From positions 16,550 through 48,549 of the forward strand of contig VTPN01000003.1 of assembly GCA_008638215.1 (NCBI GenBank): a stretch of DNA of 32,000 bases, read 5' to 3'. This stretch comes from Pelagibacteraceae bacterium (GTDB lineage Bacteria > Pseudomonadota > Alphaproteobacteria > HIMB59). Below, piece by piece: positions 10,535 to 23,742 of the stretch (its first letter is position 1; every line of letters begins with the position of its first letter). The notes beneath the pieces were generated by a model that was not told where the DNA came from, made no database searches, and worked only from the letters and a program-made list of their open reading frames with translations. The translations under genes were made by a program, and so were the position numbers.

Positions 10535-10849
10535 TTATTTTTTAATTTTTATGTCTACGTTAACCCCTGAGGCAAGATCTAATTTCATAAGAGCGTCTAC
10601 AGTTTGAGGTGTGGGTTCAATAATGTCCATCATTCTTATATGAGTTCTTAATTCAAACTGTTCTCTACTTTTCTTATCAACATGTGGGGATTTATTAACA
10701 GTCACTCTTTCAATTCGTGACGGCATAGGGATTGGTCCAATAACTTTTGCACCTGTTCTTTTGGCTGTTTGTAAAATATCCATTGAACTTCTATCTAGAA
10801 TATTGTGGTCAAAAGATTTTAGTCTAATTCTGATGTTTTGATTGATCAT
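10535..10849 (-). CDS. rpsJ: 30S ribosomal protein S10 (uS10)
   Basis: [67 protein letters not shown]. Confidence 0.99.
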   Translation of the reverse strand: MINQNIRIRLKSFDHNILDRSSMDILQTAKRTGAKVIGPIPMPSRIERVTVNKSPHVDKKSREQFELRTHIRMMDIIEPTPQTVDALMKLDLASGVNVDIKIKK

Positions 10850-10852
10850 GAT

Positions 10853-12916
10853 TTATGCTAACTTCGACTTAATTTCCTCTTCAACATTAGATGGAACAAC
10901 ATCATAATGTGAAAATAACATTGTATAACTCGCTCTACCTTGACTCATAGAACGTAGATTATTAACATAACCGAACATATTAGCAAGAGGAACCACTGAA
11001 GAAACTACCTTTGCATTCCCTCTGTCTTCCATTTTTTCGATTTGTCCTCTTCTGGAATTTAAATCACCAATAATATCTCCCATGTAGTCTTCTGGAGTTA
11101 CAACTTCTACTTTCATCATAGGTTCTAATAATTTTGGACTAGCTTTGGCCACCGCTTCTCTAAAAGCTGCTCTTGATGCAATTTCAAAGGCTAAAACGGA
11201 TGAGTCAACGTCATGATAAGCGCCATCATAAACTTCAGCTTCAAAATCAATAACATTATATCCGGCAATTACACCATTTTGTGATGCACTTTTAATACCC
11301 TTCTCAACGCCTGGAATGTATTCTTTTGGAATATTTCCACCAACAACTGAATTATTAAATTTGATACCAGAATTTCTTTCAAGAGGTTTGAATTTCATCT
11401 TTACTCGAGCAAACTGTCCTGCACCGCCTGATTGTTTTTTATGGGTGTAATCAACTTCTACTTCTTTAGTAATAGTTTCTCTATAGGCCACTTGAGGCGC
11501 ACCTACATCAGCTTCAACTTTAAATTCTCTCTTCATACGATCGACTAAAATTTCTAAATGTAGTTCTCCCATTCCTTTAATAATTGTTTGACCAGATTCT
11601 TCGTCAGTTGTAACTTTAAAACTAGGATCTTCTTGGGCTAATCTATTAAGTGCTTGGCCCATTTTTTCGTAATCAGCTTTGGTTTTTGGTTCAACAGCAA
11701 CTTCGATAACTGGATCTGGGAATTCCATTTTTTCCAAAATGACTGGCTTAGATGGTTCACATAAAGTATCACCTGTAGTAACATTTTTCATTCCAACTAA
11801 TGCAACTATATCTCCAGCTTTTGCTTCTTTGATTTCTTCTCTGGTATTTGAATGCATTAAAAGCATTCTTCCAATTCTTTCCTTTTGATTTTTAGATGAA
11901 TTTAAAATCGTTGATCCAGAACTTAGATTGCCACAATAGAGTCTTATAAAAGTAATTTGACCAACAAAAGGATCAGCAGCAACTTTAAAAGCTAGAGCGG
12001 CAAACGGTTCATCAGGTGTATTTGGAATTTTAATTTTTTCATCGGATCCCTCTTTGACCCCCTCTACATATCCAATGTCGTTAGGTGAAGGTAAATAATC
12101 AACAACAGCGTCTAATAAAGGCTGAACACCTTTATTCTTAAAAGCTGTTCCACAAAGAACAGGAACAAATTTAAAATCAATTGTACCTTTTCTAATACAT
12201 TTTTTAAGAGTTTCGGTTGATATCTCTTTGCCCTCAAGATAGTCTTCCATGGCTTGATCGTCAGCTTCCACGGCCATTTCGATTAATTCTTCTCGTTTCT
12301 TTTTGGCTTCGTCTATTAAATCTTCACTAATATCGACAACGTCAAATTTTGCTCCTAGACTATCATCTTGCCATATAATTGACTTGAACCTTACAAGATC
12401 AACAACACCTTTAAAATCAGCCTCTTTTCCGATAGCCATTTGTAAGACGAGTGGATTTGCTCCTAATCTATCTTTAATTGACTGAATATTCATTTCAAAG
12501 TCAGCACCAAGTCGGTCCATCTTATTACAAAAACAAATTCTTGGAACTTTGTAGCGATCTGCCTGTCTCCATACAGTTTCAGACTGAGGCTCAACTCCTG
12601 CAACCCCATCAAAACAAGCAACGGCACCATCAAGTACTCTCAAAGATCTTTCCACTTCAATAGTAAAATCTACGTGACCCGGGGTATCGATAATATTAAT
12701 TCTGTGATCATTCCAAAAACAAGTAGTAGCCGCTGAGGTGATCGTAATACCTCTTTCTTGTTCTTGTTCCATCCAGTCCATTGTTGCGGCACCATCATGG
12801 ACTTCGCCAATTTTATGAGATTTACCAGTGTAGAATAGAATTCTTTCAGTGGTAGTGGTCTTACCGGCATCAATATGAGCCATAATTCCAATGTTTCTAT
12901 ATTTATTTAATTCCAT
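10853..12916 (-). CDS. fusA: Translation elongation factor G
   Basis: [25 protein letters not shown]; [23 protein letters not shown]; 687 aa. Confidence 0.99.
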   Translation of the reverse strand: MELNKYRNIGIMAHIDAGKTTTTERILFYTGKSHKIGEVHDGAATMDWMEQEQERGITITSAATTCFWNDHRINIIDTPGHVDFTIEVERSLRVLDGAVACFDGVAGVEPQSETVWRQADRYKVPRICFCNKMDRLGADFEMNIQSIKDRLGANPLVLQMAIGKEADFKGVVDLVRFKSIIWQDDSLGAKFDVVDISEDLIDEAKKKREELIEMAVEADDQAMEDYLEGKEISTETLKKCIRKGTIDFKFVPVLCGTAFKNKGVQPLLDAVVDYLPSPNDIGYVEGVKEGSDEKIKIPNTPDEPFAALAFKVAADPFVGQITFIRLYCGNLSSGSTILNSSKNQKERIGRMLLMHSNTREEIKEAKAGDIVALVGMKNVTTGDTLCEPSKPVILEKMEFPDPVIEVAVEPKTKADYEKMGQALNRLAQEDPSFKVTTDEESGQTIIKGMGELHLEILVDRMKREFKVEADVGAPQVAYRETITKEVEVDYTHKKQSGGAGQFARVKMKFKPLERNSGIKFNNSVVGGNIPKEYIPGVEKGIKSASQNGVIAGYNVIDFEAEVYDGAYHDVDSSVLAFEIASRAAFREAVAKASPKLLEPMMKVEVVTPEDYMGDIIGDLNSRRGQIEKMEDRGNAKVVSSVVPLANMFGYVNNLRSMSQGRASYTMLFSHYDVVPSNVEEEIKSKLA

Positions 12917-12919
12917 TAA

Positions 12920-13393
12920 TTACCACCTATAGTGTGCAAATGCTCTATTAGCTTCAGCCATTTTATGAACTTCATCTTTTTTCTTAACTGAATTACCTTT
13001 ATTTTCAAATGCATCAATTAGCTCATTTGCGAGTCTTTCTCTTTGTGTTTTTTCATTTCTTTTTTTTGAGTTTGATAAAATCCATTTAAACGCAAGTGCT
13101 TGAGCCCTGGTGCTTCTTACTTCCATAGGGACTTGGTATGTTGCGCCACCAACTCTTCTAGCCTTGACTTCAACAGAAGGTTTAACGTTGTTGATAGATT
13201 TTTGAAAATACTCTAAAGGATCTTCACTCTGGTTCTGAGATTGGATGATTTCAAGTGCACCGTAAACAATTTTTTGTGCAACAGTTTTTTTTCCACCAAC
13301 CATAACTTCGTTAATAAATTTGTTTAAAACTACACTATTATATATGGGATCAGGTAATATCTGTCTCTTCTCTGCTGCTCTTCTTCTCGACAT
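12920..13393 (-). CDS. rpsG: 30S ribosomal protein S7 (uS7)
   Basis: MSRRRAAEKRQILPDPIYNSVVLNKFIN; VEVKARRVGGATYQVPMEVR. Confidence 0.99.
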   Translation of the reverse strand: MSRRRAAEKRQILPDPIYNSVVLNKFINEVMVGGKKTVAQKIVYGALEIIQSQNQSEDPLEYFQKSINNVKPSVEVKARRVGGATYQVPMEVRSTRAQALAFKWILSNSKKRNEKTQRERLANELIDAFENKGNSVKKKDEVHKMAEANRAFAHYRW

Positions 13394-13403
13394 AATTTAT
13401 ATT

Positions 13404-13778
13404 TTAGCTCTTTGGCCTTTTGGCTCCGTATTTTGATCTTCTTTGACGTCTCTTTTCAAGACCTTGAGTGTCTAGAGTTCCTCTTATTATATGATAGCGT
13501 ACACCAGGTAAGTCTTTGACACGACCGCCTCTAATTAAAACAACTGAGTGTTCTTGCAGATTATGACCTTCGCCTGGTATGTATGCCGTAACCTCTTGAC
13601 CATTAGTTAATTTGACTCTAGCTACCTTTCTAAGGGCAGAGTTAGGTTTTTTTGGAGTCGTTGTATAAACTCTCAAACATACTCCTCTTTTTTGAGGACA
13701 TGCTTTCAACGCAGGAACCTTATTTCTCTTTGAGACTTTTTCTCTAGAGTTTCTAACTAACTGATTTATGGTCGGCAT
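13404..13778 (-). CDS. rpsL: 30S ribosomal protein S12 (uS12)
   Basis: [12 protein letters not shown]; [33 protein letters not shown]; [16 protein letters not shown]. Confidence 0.99.
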   Translation of the reverse strand: MPTINQLVRNSREKVSKRNKVPALKACPQKRGVCLRVYTTTPKKPNSALRKVARVKLTNGQEVTAYIPGEGHNLQEHSVVLIRGGRVKDLPGVRYHIIRGTLDTQGLEKRRQRRSKYGAKRPKS

Positions 13779-13787
13779 AGTCCGCAG

Positions 13788-13816
13788 AATATATTTATAG
13801 TATTCATCTTAGTCAA
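13788..13816 (-). promoter_or_regulatory. Candidate sigma70-like promoter in the rpoC-rpsL gap
   Basis: On the minus strand: TTGACT (13816..13811), 17-nt spacer, TATATT (13793..13788), inside the 41-bp gap between rpoC and rpsL. Confidence 0.35.
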
Positions 13817-13819
13817 CAT

Positions 13820-16800
13820 TTATTTGGTATTTTCTATTTGTTTTAAAAGAGAATTATCCCTTATTTTTGCTTCTTTTCTTAAGGCCCTGATAACATTACC
13901 TGTACCAGCGGGAATTAATTTTCCGACAATAACATTTTCTTTTAGTCCAGTGAGTTTATCAACTTTTCCATTAATAGCAGCCTCAGTAAGAACTCTAGTT
14001 GTTTCTTGGAAGGAAGCGGCAGAAATAAATGAATTAGTCTGGAGGCTGGCTTTAGTAATACCTAAAATCATCATTTTAAATTTAGCCTCTTTTTTTCCAG
14101 CCTCTTTAAGTTCAATATTTCTTTGAAGCACATCAGTTTTGTCTACAACATCTCCTACGGGAAATTCGCTATCTCCAGATTCAATAACCTCAACTTTTTG
14201 AAGCATTTGTTTTGTAATGCATTCAATGTGCTTGTCGTCAATTATAACACCTTGCAATCTATAAACTTTTTGAACTTCTCTGACCATATATTCAGCTAAT
14301 GCTTCAATACCGAGAATATTTAAAATATCTGTAGGTGCTGGAGTTCCATCTACAATCATATCACCTTTATTGACTTTGTCGCCTTCATTGAAGTAAATGT
14401 ACGTTCCTTTTGGTATTAAATATTCGACAGGATCTCCAACTTCTGGGTTAATAATAATTCTTCTTTTGCTTTTTATATCTTTACCAAATTCAATTGTACC
14501 TGAAATCTCAGCAAGCACTGCAGGATTTTTTGGTTTTCTTGATTCGAAAATATCTGCAACTCTAGGAAGACCACCAGTAATATCTTTTGTTTTAGAAGAT
14601 GCTCTCGGTATTCTAGCAATAACGTCTCCCGCTTTAACCTCTTTGCCTTTATCAATATTTAAGATTATCCCCACACTTAAATCATAAGAAGAGTGGTTTG
14701 AAGAATCTTTTGGTTTTACTTGATTTCCTTTAGCATCGGTGATGACGAGCTGAGGTTTAAGGTCTTGTTTGCCTTGGAAACTCTTCCAATCTATAATTAC
14801 TTTTGATGAAATTCCAGTTGTTTCATCGAATTTTTCAATAAACGAAACCCCTTCAACTAGATCACTAAAATCTAAAATACCAGATTCCTCGGCGACAATA
14901 GGAACAGTGTATGGATCCCATTCCAACAACAAGTCATTAAGCTTAACATCTGACTTATTTTTGACTAATAGCGTTGAACCGTATGGTGCTCTAAATGTTG
15001 AAATTAATTTTTTATTTAGATCGTAAATCTCAAGTTCAGTAGTTCTATTAATAATTATCTCACTACCAGCTTCGTTAACAACCGTTCTGAGATTATTAAT
15101 TTTTACCAAACCATCACTAGGTGATTCAAAGTTAGATTTTTCTGCTGATGAACTCGCAACACCACCTACGTGAAAAGTTCTCATAGTCAATTGTGTACCA
15201 GGTTCACCAATCGACTGAGCGGCTATGATGCCAACGGCCTCTCCAGTATTTACCGGCACACCTTTAGCAAGATCTCTACCATAAGCTTTTGCACAAATTC
15301 CATTAATACATCCACAAGTAATTGGTGATTTAATTCTCACAGAAGTAATATTTTCTTTTTCAATAGTTTCAATTTCATCATGAGAAATATAGTCGCCATT
15401 TTTCATAATAACTTTTCCATCAGCAGTTTTCACATCATCTGCTAAATATCTGCCAAACACTCTGTCAATTAATGGAATGGCCACTTCTCCTGAGTCATAA
15501 ACAGTGTCTACAGTAAGTCCGTTTGTGCAGTTACAATCCTTTTGAGTAATAGTAAGATCTTGTGCCACATCAACAAGCCTTCTGGTTAGATATCCAGAGC
15601 TAGCCGTTTTAAGAGCTGTATCAGCAAGACCCTTTCTTGCTCCGTGAGTAGAGTTAAAGTATTCCAAAACAGTTAAACCATCTTTAAAATTAGATGTAAT
15701 AGGGTTTTCAATAATTTCTCCAGAAGGTCTTGCCATCAATCCCCTCATGCCTGCGAGCTGTTTAAGCTGAGCTTCTGATCCTCTAGCACCTGAGTGAGCC
15801 ATAATATAAACAGAATTAATTTGATTATCTTTTTTTGAAGAAACGGTTTTCATCATTGCCTTAGCAACTTTATCTGTACAAGTTGACCAGAGACCAACTA
15901 CTTTATTGTATTTTTCTCTTTCAGTGATTAAACCTTCTTGGTATTGAGCTTCAAGGCTATTCACTTGTTTTTGTGTTTCTTGAATTAAAGAATTTTTTTC
16001 TTCAGGAATAACGAGATCATCTTTGCCAAAAGAAATACCAGCTTTGGCAGCATATTTAAAACCCACATTCATAATTTGATCTACAAAGATACAAGTGGCT
16101 TTTTGACCAGTAAATCTGTAGACATTGTCCAATAAGATACTGACATCTTTTTTTGTTAAAATTTTATTTACGCAATCAAATGGTAAGTTCTCATTTTGAG
16201 GAACAGTTTTAAATAAAATGACCCTCCCAGGTGAAGTGGTAAACTTTTTATTCTCGTATTCATTAGTTTCTTTATTAAAAGTTTTAGTTCTGTAGATAAT
16301 AGGAGTATGAAGGCTGATAGTTTTGTTTTCTAATGCAAACTCAACCTCACCTATATGAGAAAAGTATTTTTTTACTTCTTCATTTTCATTAATTAGAGAT
16401 AAATAGTATATACCTAATACAATATCCTGACTCGGTACGATAATTGGTTTTCCGCTAGATGGAGATAGAATATTGTTAGTACTCATCATCAATACCCTTG
16501 CCTCTAATTGGGCTTCTAGACTTAGAGGTATATGAACAGCCATCTGATCACCATCAAAGTCAGCATTGAAAGCCGTACAGACTAGGGGATGTAATTGTAT
16601 TGCCTTACCTTCGATTAAAATTGGTTCAAAAGCTTGGATACCTAATCTATGTAAAGTTGGGGCTCTGTTTAAAAGAATAGGATGTTCTCTGATAACTTCA
16701 TCTAATATATCCCAAACTTCTGGTCTTTCTGTTTCGACCATTTTTCTTGCAGATTTTAATGTAGAGGCAAAACCATAAGATTCGAGCTTATTGTAGATAA

Positions 16801-17941
16801 AAGGTTTAAAAAGCTCCAATGCCATTTTCTTAGGAAGGCCGCACTGATGAAGTTTCAGTTCTGGGCCAACAACAATCACAGATCTTCCAGAATAATCAAC
16901 TCTTTTACCAAGAAGATTTTGTCTAAATCTACCTTGTTTTCCTTTAAGCATCTCAGATAAAGATTTTAGTGGTCTCTTATTTGTACTTGTAATTACTCTT
17001 CCTCTTCGACCATTATCAAATAAGGCATCAACGGATTCTTGGAGCATTCTTTTTTCATTTCTAACAATAATATCTGGTGCTCTTAGGTCTAAAAGACGCT
17101 TTAATCTATTGTTTCTATTTATTACCCTTCTATATAAATCATTGAGGTCAGAGGTAGCAAATCTTCCACCTTCAAGGGGTACTAAGGGTCTGAGTTCAGG
17201 AGGTATAACAGGAAGAACTTTTAGAATCATCCATTCAGGTTTAATGTTTGATCTTTTAAATCCTTCAATGACCTTCATTCTTTTTAGTATTTTTTTCTTT
17301 TTTGTTTCAGAAGAAGTAGCTTCACTCTCTTCATTTAGTTTTACAATTTCATTATCCAAATCAAGGTTAGATAAAATTTCATAAACCGCCTCAGCTCCAA
17401 TCCCATGTTTAAAAGAATCCTCTCCAAACTGTTCTATTGCTTCTTCTAGTTCTTCATCGGTTAAAAGTTGATTTTGTTCAAGACCGGACATTAAGGGGTC
17501 TATTACAATATGACTTTCAAAGTATAAAACTTTTTCTAAACTCTTGAGAGTTATATCTAATGCTAGACCTATTCTACTAGGTAGAGATTTTAAAAACCAA
17601 ATATGAGCAACTGGTGCGGCGAGCTCGATATGAGCCATTCTTTCTCTTCTAACTTTAGAGAGTGTGACTTCGACACCACATTTTTCACATGTAATGCCTT
17701 TAAATTTCATTCTTTTGTATTTACCACATAAACATTCATAATCTTTCGTAGGTCCAAAAATTCTAGCGCAGAACAAACCTTCTCTTTCAGGTTTAAATGT
17801 TCTGTAATTAATAGTTTCTGGTTTTTTTATCTCACCGAAAGACCATGATCTGATTTGTTCTGGGCTAGAAACAGAAATTTTTATCTGATCAAAATTTAAA
17901 GTTGGATTGTTATTTTTAAAAAGGTTAGTTAAGTCTTTCAT
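13820..17941 (-). CDS. rpoC: DNA-directed RNA polymerase subunit beta'
   Basis: NADFDGDQM catalytic motif; zinc motif [20 protein letters not shown]; second Cys set CNC...[13 protein letters not shown]; 1373 aa. Confidence 0.99.
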   Translation of the reverse strand: MKDLTNLFKNNNPTLNFDQIKISVSSPEQIRSWSFGEIKKPETINYRTFKPEREGLFCARIFGPTKDYECLCGKYKRMKFKGITCEKCGVEVTLSKVRRERMAHIELAAPVAHIWFLKSLPSRIGLALDITLKSLEKVLYFESHIVIDPLMSGLEQNQLLTDEELEEAIEQFGEDSFKHGIGAEAVYEILSNLDLDNEIVKLNEESEATSSETKKKKILKRMKVIEGFKRSNIKPEWMILKVLPVIPPELRPLVPLEGGRFATSDLNDLYRRVINRNNRLKRLLDLRAPDIIVRNEKRMLQESVDALFDNGRRGRVITSTNKRPLKSLSEMLKGKQGRFRQNLLGKRVDYSGRSVIVVGPELKLHQCGLPKKMALELFKPFIYNKLESYGFASTLKSARKMVETERPEVWDILDEVIREHPILLNRAPTLHRLGIQAFEPILIEGKAIQLHPLVCTAFNADFDGDQMAVHIPLSLEAQLEARVLMMSTNNILSPSSGKPIIVPSQDIVLGIYYLSLINENEEVKKYFSHIGEVEFALENKTISLHTPIIYRTKTFNKETNEYENKKFTTSPGRVILFKTVPQNENLPFDCVNKILTKKDVSILLDNVYRFTGQKATCIFVDQIMNVGFKYAAKAGISFGKDDLVIPEEKNSLIQETQKQVNSLEAQYQEGLITEREKYNKVVGLWSTCTDKVAKAMMKTVSSKKDNQINSVYIMAHSGARGSEAQLKQLAGMRGLMARPSGEIIENPITSNFKDGLTVLEYFNSTHGARKGLADTALKTASSGYLTRRLVDVAQDLTITQKDCNCTNGLTVDTVYDSGEVAIPLIDRVFGRYLADDVKTADGKVIMKNGDYISHDEIETIEKENITSVRIKSPITCGCINGICAKAYGRDLAKGVPVNTGEAVGIIAAQSIGEPGTQLTMRTFHVGGVASSSAEKSNFESPSDGLVKINNLRTVVNEAGSEIIINRTTELEIYDLNKKLISTFRAPYGSTLLVKNKSDVKLNDLLLEWDPYTVPIVAEESGILDFSDLVEGVSFIEKFDETTGISSKVIIDWKSFQGKQDLKPQLVITDAKGNQVKPKDSSNHSSYDLSVGIILNIDKGKEVKAGDVIARIPRASSKTKDITGGLPRVADIFESRKPKNPAVLAEISGTIEFGKDIKSKRRIIINPEVGDPVEYLIPKGTYIYFNEGDKVNKGDMIVDGTPAPTDILNILGIEALAEYMVREVQKVYRLQGVIIDDKHIECITKQMLQKVEVIESGDSEFPVGDVVDKTDVLQRNIELKEAGKKEAKFKMMILGITKASLQTNSFISAASFQETTRVLTEAAINGKVDKLTGLKENVIVGKLIPAGTGNVIRALRKEAKIRDNSLLKQIENTK

Positions 17942-20900
17942 TATACTCCCTCCCTACTTATTGTGGGATCTGTTTCTATTAGTTCTACGTTGAGTCCTAG
18001 AGATTTTAATTCTTTAACTAAAACATGGAATGACTCAGGTATTCCACTTTCAAAATTGTAATCACCCCTAATAAGAGCTTCATAAACTTTTGTTCTACCT
18101 GCAACATCATCTGATTTGATAGTCAACATTTCTTGAAGTGTATTTGATGCACCATATGCTTCTAATGCCCAAACTTCCATTTCACCAAATCTTTGTCCAC
18201 CAAATTGAGCTTTACCACCGAGTGGTTGTTGGGTTACCAAGCTATATGGCCCAATCGAACGAGCATGAATTTTATCATCAATTAAATGGTGTAATTTCAA
18301 AATATATTTATATCCAACCGTAACTTTTCTTTCAAATCTCTCTCCGGATCTTCCATCATAAAGAAAAACTTGACCGCTGTTATCAAAGCCAGCTTTGTCT
18401 AATAAATTAGTAATTTCTTCTGTATTAGTTCCGTCAAAGACTGGGGTCGCAAATGTAACGCCTTTTTCTAAATTTCCTGCTAATTCAACCAGCTGATCAT
18501 CATTCATATTTTGAATTTCCAAATTTGAGTCTTTGTTAGCTTCATAGAAAGATGTTAGTGACTGCTTAAGTTGATTGATATTTCCTTCTTTTCTAGCGAG
18601 ATCTAGACTTCGAGAAATTTGCTTACCAATACCATATGCAGCCCAACCTAAATGTGTTTCTAAAATTTGGCCGATATTCATACGGCTTGGAACACCTAAA
18701 GGGTTTAAAAGGACATCTACAGGTGTGCCGTCTTCTAGAAATGGCATATCCTCAATCGGAACAATTTTAGAGATAACACCCTTATTACCATGTCTTCCCG
18801 CCATTTTATCGCCAGCTTGTAATTTTCTTTTTACTGCAACAAATACCTTAACAACTTTTAAAACACCCGGCAGCAAATCATCACCACTTTGTATTTTTTC
18901 AATTTTATTTTGGAATTTTTTATCTAATAAAATAACAGCATCATTGAAAATTTTCTTTTGAGAATTAAAAGTTTCCATCGATGAGGCATCATCAACAATA
19001 ATTTGCTCAAGATAATCTATTTGTTTATTATTAATATCAGACTCATTAATTTTATTACCTTTAGAAATTCCATCTAAAGACACGTTAGATAATTTATTTT
19101 TAAATAAATTAATAAGATTTTGTTTATAGTTATTTTCGAGAATATTCTTTTCATCATCTCTATCTTTAGCCAATCTATCAATCTCAACTCTCTCGATAGC
19201 TATAGTTCTCTCGTCTTTATCCACACCTCTTCTAACTAAGACTTGAACGTCCACAACAACACCGGAATATCCTGTAGGTAAACGAAGAGAGGTGTCTTTG
19301 ACATCAGCAGCTTTTTCAGAAAAAATAGCTCTTAGAAGTTTTTCTTCTGGTGTGATTGGAGAGTCACCTTTTGGTGAAACTTTACCGACTAATATATCTC
19401 CAGGTTTTACTTCTGAACCTATATATACGATTCCAGCTTCATCTAAATTTGTTATACTCTCATCTCCTACGTTAGGCATATCACGAGTAATCTCTTCGGG
19501 TCCAAGTTTTGTATCTCTACATAAAACTTCAAATTCCTCAATATGAATAGAAGTGAAACGATCTTCATGCACCACTCTTTCAGACATGATTATAGAATCC
19601 TCAAAGTTATAGCCATTCCAGGGCATGAAACCTACAAGTAAGTTTCTACCTAATGCCAATTCACCTAAATCTGTGGATGGACCATCAGCAATGATGTCAC
19701 CTCTTTGAATATAATCTCCAATTTTTACTATAGGTTTTTGATTAATAGCCGTACTTTGGTTTGATCGTTGGAATTTTTTAAGATTATAAATATCAACTCC
19801 ACTTTTTTCTTTACTAATATTTTTTGAGTCAGATCTTATAACTATTCTTGATGAGTCTACTTGGTGAACATAGCCGCTATTTTTAGCAATTACTACAGCC
19901 CCACTATCTCTCGCAACTTTAGATTCAAAACCCGTTCCAACAAGTGGAGCTTCACTTTTAATTAGAGGCACTGCCTGCCTCATCATATTAGATCCCATTA
20001 ATGCTCTATTAGCATCATCATTTTCTAAGAATGGAATTAAAGATGCAGCAACTGAAACTAACTGCTGAGGATTAACATCCATGAAATCAATCTCAGAAGG
20101 GTTACAGAAAATAAAATCTCCTTTTCTTCTACAACTTACAAAGTCCTCACTAAACTTACCATTTTTATCAATAGGACTATTAGCCTGAGCAATCGTATAA
20201 TTTTCCTCTTCATCTGCATTCAAATAAATGACTTCATCAGTAACAACGCCTTTATTAATTTTACGGTAAGGAGTTTCAATAAAACCATATTGATTAATTC
20301 GAGCAAAAGAAGACAAGCTATTGATTAAGCCGATATTTGAACCTTCAGGAGTTTCAATTGGACAGATACGACCGTAGTGAGTTGTATGAACGTCACGAAC
20401 TTCAAAACCAGCTCTTTCTCTTGTCAGGCCACCTGGGCCTAAGGCAGAAATTCTTCTTTTATGCGTAATTTCGCTAAGAGGATTGGTTTGATCCATAAAC
20501 TGACTGAGTTGGCTAGTTCCAGTAAATTCTTTTAGCACAGTTTGAATAGGCTTAGAGTTAACAAGATCTTGAGGCATAATTGATTCAATATCAACTGTTC
20601 CCATCTTTTCTCTGATGGCCCTTTCCATTCTCACAAGACCAATACGATATTGATTTTCAATTAACTCACCAACTGATCTGACTCTTCTGTTACCTAAATG
20701 GTCAATATCATCTTTGCCAGAACTGTCTGTTTTCATATCAAAGAGTTTTTTAGCAACTGCAAGAATATCGGATTTATTTAAAATTCTTTTTTTATTAGTT
20801 TTATCTAAAGAAAGATATGAATTTAATTTTACTCTACCAACTTCAGATAAATCATATCTATCTTCACTAAAAAACATATTTTGAAATAAATAATTACTTG

Positions 20901-22137
20901 CCTCAAGAGTTGGAGGTTCACCAGGTCTTAATATCTTAAAAATGTCAAAAAGAGCTTCTTCTCTTGAATTATTTTTATCCGCAACAAGAGAGTTGATAAT
21001 ACCTAAGTTACCTGTGGCTTGATTAGCATTTATTACTGAGAATTGTTCAATTGAAAGCTCATTTATTCTTTCAAAGAACTCCTTACTTAATAAAGTTCCT
21101 GCTTCAGCATAAACTAAACCATTGTCATAATTGACTATGTCGTTTGATAAATAAAAACCATATAGGTCTTCTTCAGTGAAGAAAAACTTCGATATTTTAT
21201 TTTCTTTAATTTCTTTTAGAAGTTTTAGTGAAAGCTTCACATCCTTATAAGCTATAATCTCTTTAGAACTTGGATCAACTAAATTGAAAGGAAGATTTTT
21301 ATATTTAAACTTATCTATATCTAAACTTGCAACCCATCCATCTTTATGTTTTTTAAAGGGGAAAGTTTCATAAAAATATGTAAGAATTTCTTCAGAAGTC
21401 ATACCTGATACTTTATAAATATCGGGTTCAACTTTATTCTGCTGGCATTCTTCTAAATATTTCTCTGATGCTTTTGATGGTAAAGCTTGAAGAATAGTCG
21501 TAGAAATCATTTTCTTTTTTCTGTCTATTCTAAAAAATAAATTATCTTTGTGGTCAAATTCAAAATCTAACCAAGAACCTCTATAGGGAATTATTCTTGC
21601 ATTATAAAGAACTTTTCCACTTGCGTGCGTTTTACCATCATCGTGATCAAAGAAAACACCGGGAGATCTATGTAACTGACTAACAACTACTCTTTCGGTA
21701 CCATTAACTACAAAAGTACCGTTATTTGTCATAAGAGGTAAATCGCCTAGGTAAACAACTTGTTCTTTAATATCCCTAAGGGATTTCTCTCCAGTTTCTT
21801 CATTAAGATCCCATATAATCAATCTGAAAGTAACCATCAAAGAAGCAGAAAATGTTAGACCTTTTCTTCTACATTCTTCTACGTCATATTTTGGATTATC
21901 AAGATAATAATCAATATAATGAAGTTCAGATTTTCCTGCGTAGTCTTTAATGGGAAAGACAGAATTAAAGACTTCTTGCAGTCCAGTATTTGAACGTTCC
22001 TCAACTGATTTTCCTAACTGGAGGAACTTATCAAACGAGATTTTCTGTATATCGACTAAATTTGGCACATCAATCGTTTTACCGATTTTACCAAACGAAT
22101 AGCGAATACGTTTTTTTTCTGTGAAACTAAGTGGCAT
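17941..22137 (-). CDS. rpoB: DNA-directed RNA polymerase subunit beta
   Basis: [43 protein letters not shown]; [26 protein letters not shown]-like C-terminus; 1398 aa. Confidence 0.99.
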   Translation of the reverse strand: MPLSFTEKKRIRYSFGKIGKTIDVPNLVDIQKISFDKFLQLGKSVEERSNTGLQEVFNSVFPIKDYAGKSELHYIDYYLDNPKYDVEECRRKGLTFSASLMVTFRLIIWDLNEETGEKSLRDIKEQVVYLGDLPLMTNNGTFVVNGTERVVVSQLHRSPGVFFDHDDGKTHASGKVLYNARIIPYRGSWLDFEFDHKDNLFFRIDRKKKMISTTILQALPSKASEKYLEECQQNKVEPDIYKVSGMTSEEILTYFYETFPFKKHKDGWVASLDIDKFKYKNLPFNLVDPSSKEIIAYKDVKLSLKLLKEIKENKISKFFFTEEDLYGFYLSNDIVNYDNGLVYAEAGTLLSKEFFERINELSIEQFSVINANQATGNLGIINSLVADKNNSREEALFDIFKILRPGEPPTLEASNYLFQNMFFSEDRYDLSEVGRVKLNSYLSLDKTNKKRILNKSDILAVAKKLFDMKTDSSGKDDIDHLGNRRVRSVGELIENQYRIGLVRMERAIREKMGTVDIESIMPQDLVNSKPIQTVLKEFTGTSQLSQFMDQTNPLSEITHKRRISALGPGGLTRERAGFEVRDVHTTHYGRICPIETPEGSNIGLINSLSSFARINQYGFIETPYRKINKGVVTDEVIYLNADEEENYTIAQANSPIDKNGKFSEDFVSCRRKGDFIFCNPSEIDFMDVNPQQLVSVAASLIPFLENDDANRALMGSNMMRQAVPLIKSEAPLVGTGFESKVARDSGAVVIAKNSGYVHQVDSSRIVIRSDSKNISKEKSGVDIYNLKKFQRSNQSTAINQKPIVKIGDYIQRGDIIADGPSTDLGELALGRNLLVGFMPWNGYNFEDSIIMSERVVHEDRFTSIHIEEFEVLCRDTKLGPEEITRDMPNVGDESITNLDEAGIVYIGSEVKPGDILVGKVSPKGDSPITPEEKLLRAIFSEKAADVKDTSLRLPTGYSGVVVDVQVLVRRGVDKDERTIAIERVEIDRLAKDRDDEKNILENNYKQNLINLFKNKLSNVSLDGISKGNKINESDINNKQIDYLEQIIVDDASSMETFNSQKKIFNDAVILLDKKFQNKIEKIQSGDDLLPGVLKVVKVFVAVKRKLQAGDKMAGRHGNKGVISKIVPIEDMPFLEDGTPVDVLLNPLGVPSRMNIGQILETHLGWAAYGIGKQISRSLDLARKEGNINQLKQSLTSFYEANKDSNLEIQNMNDDQLVELAGNLEKGVTFATPVFDGTNTEEITNLLDKAGFDNSGQVFLYDGRSGERFERKVTVGYKYILKLHHLIDDKIHARSIGPYSLVTQQPLGGKAQFGGQRFGEMEVWALEAYGASNTLQEMLTIKSDDVAGRTKVYEALIRGDYNFESGIPESFHVLVKELKSLGLNVELIETDPTISREGV

Positions 22138-22166
22138 AATATGTAGAACCTGTAATTAATAAATAA

Positions 22167-22538
22167 TTATTTAAGTTCTACTTTTGCACCAGCGGCTTCG
22201 AGCTTAGTCTTCATCTCTTCAGCCTCTTCTTTCTTAACTCCCTCTTTTAAAGTTTTTGGAGCACCTTCCACCATATCTTTAGCTTCTTTTAAACCAAGAC
22301 CAGTAATTGCTCTTACTTCTTTGATAACATTAATTTTTTGATCACCAGCTGCAGCTAAAACAACATCGAAACTATCTTTTTCTTCTGCTGCCTCTGCTAC
22401 GGGTGCTGCTGCAGCCGCAACTGCTACTGGGGCTGCTGCTGAAACTCCCCACTTTTCTTCTAAAAGTTTTGAAAGTTCTGCCGCTTCCATAACTGTTAAA
22501 GTTGATAATTCATCAACAATTTTATTTAAGTCTGCCAT
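22167..22538 (-). CDS. rplL: 50S ribosomal protein L7/L12 (bL12)
   Basis: Ala/Pro hinge followed by [45 protein letters not shown]. Confidence 0.99.
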   Translation of the reverse strand: MADLNKIVDELSTLTVMEAAELSKLLEEKWGVSAAAPVAVAAAAAPVAEAAEEKDSFDVVLAAAGDQKINVIKEVRAITGLGLKEAKDMVEGAPKTLKEGVKKEEAEEMKTKLEAAGAKVELK

Positions 22539-22555
22539 TTTTGTCTCTCCCTAAG

Positions 22556-23062
22556 TTAGTCTTTTTTTTTTTGTAGTATCGAAATAATGTCCTGATCAGG
22601 CCTTTGTAATAGTCTTACAAGCTTTGATGCTGGGGCATTAATCAACCCAACTATTTTTCCTCTGATTTCATCAAGAGAAGGTAAAGTTGCAACCTTGGCT
22701 ATATCGTCTTTTGTATATAGTGTGTTATCAAAAAAAGCTGCCTCTGCAGATAGCTTTTTTAAATCTTTTTCGAATTTTTTAAAAACTTTAGCCGTGCCAA
22801 CTGGATTATTTGTAAATACGAGCAGTTTTTGTTGGGATAGAAATTCGTTTAACCCTTTTTTATCATCAGTTTTGTCAATAAAGATTTTGACAATATTGTT
22901 TTTTGAAATTTTTGTAACACCTTCATTATTTCTAATTTCAGTTCTAAACTGAATCATTTGCTTGACGGACATATTGGAAAAGGAAGCAATGAACATTGCT
23001 GAATAATCCTTAGACATTTTGTCTAAATTTTCAATATATTGTTGTTTTTGAGATTTATTCAA
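22556..23062 (-). CDS. rplJ: 50S ribosomal protein L10 (uL10)
   Basis: Position between rplL and rplA; FRTEIRNNEGVTKISKNNIVKIFIDKT; PSLDEIRGKIVGLINAPASKLVRLL. Confidence 0.95.
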   Translation of the reverse strand: MNKSQKQQYIENLDKMSKDYSAMFIASFSNMSVKQMIQFRTEIRNNEGVTKISKNNIVKIFIDKTDDKKGLNEFLSQQKLLVFTNNPVGTAKVFKKFEKDLKKLSAEAAFFDNTLYTKDDIAKVATLPSLDEIRGKIVGLINAPASKLVRLLQRPDQDIISILQKKKD

Positions 23063-23067
23063 TTTCT

Positions 23068-23742
23068 TTAAACCTCTACCTTAAGGCCAAAGCCCATTGT
23101 CGAAGAAATAAATATAGAGTTGATGAAATTACCCTTAACTCCAGATGGTTTGATCTTTTTAATTTCTTCAATAAAAGAATTAATGTTCTCATTTAATTGA
23201 TTTTCATCAAAACTTATCTTTCCAAGTGCTGCGTGGATAGTGCCAGCTTTATCATTTTTATAAGCAACAAGACCCTTATTTATATTTTGGATTGTGCTTT
23301 TTACATCATTAGTGACGGTACCTGTTTTTGGATTGGGCATTAAACCTTTGGGGCCAAGTACTTTAGCAATTTTACTGACAACTGACATCATGTCAGGCGT
23401 AGCTATAATAACGTCAACATCAATTTTTTCTTGAAGAGCTAAAACTAAATCTTCTCCACCGACTTTTTTTACACCTAATGATTTAGCTTCTTCTGCGGAT
23501 TTGCCCTGAGCAAAGACTGCGATATCAACTTTTTTTCCTAAACCATGAGGGGGAACAAAACTACCTCTTACATTCTGATCAGATTGCTTAGAGTCGATAC
23601 CGGTATTAATAGATACTTCGACAGACTCATCAAATTTAACAAACTTTTTCTCTTTTAAAAGTTTAATGGCATCATTAACAGAGTAAGATTTATTAAAATC
23701 AATTCCTTCAATTTGTTTTTTTCTATTTTTTGATAAATGCAT
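23068..23742 (-). CDS. rplA: 50S ribosomal protein L1 (uL1)
   Basis: FDESVEVSINTGIDSKQSDQNVRGSFVPPHGLGKKV; KVLGPKGLMPNPKTGTVT. Confidence 0.99.
   Translation of the reverse strand: MHLSKNRKKQIEGIDFNKSYSVNDAIKLLKEKKFVKFDESVEVSINTGIDSKQSDQNVRGSFVPPHGLGKKVDIAVFAQGKSAEEAKSLGVKKVGGEDLVLALQEKIDVDVIIATPDMMSVVSKIAKVLGPKGLMPNPKTGTVTNDVKSTIQNINKGLVAYKNDKAGTIHAALGKISFDENQLNENINSFIEEIKKIKPSGVKGNFINSIFISSTMGFGLKVEV

Noticed and set aside
12303-12891. ORFs at 12303..12485 (+), 12478..12663 (+) and 12670..12891 (-) within fusA.
   Set aside because: Alternative frames of fusA, which has a complete, well-conserved translation through the region.
13824-15026. Several plus-strand ORFs (13824..14126, 14397..14687, 14769..15026) opposite rpoC.
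   Set aside because: Shadow ORFs on the non-coding strand of rpoC, with no motifs and no organised RBS or operon context.
18575-18961. 128-aa plus-strand ORF opposite rpoB.
   Set aside because: Antisense shadow of the highly constrained rpoB coding sequence; composition and lack of recognisable motifs fit a spurious ORF.
22390-22450. GC-rich repetitive GCAGC/GCTGC tract, which could look like a small repeat element.
   Set aside because: It encodes the Ala-rich hinge of bL12, a normal feature.
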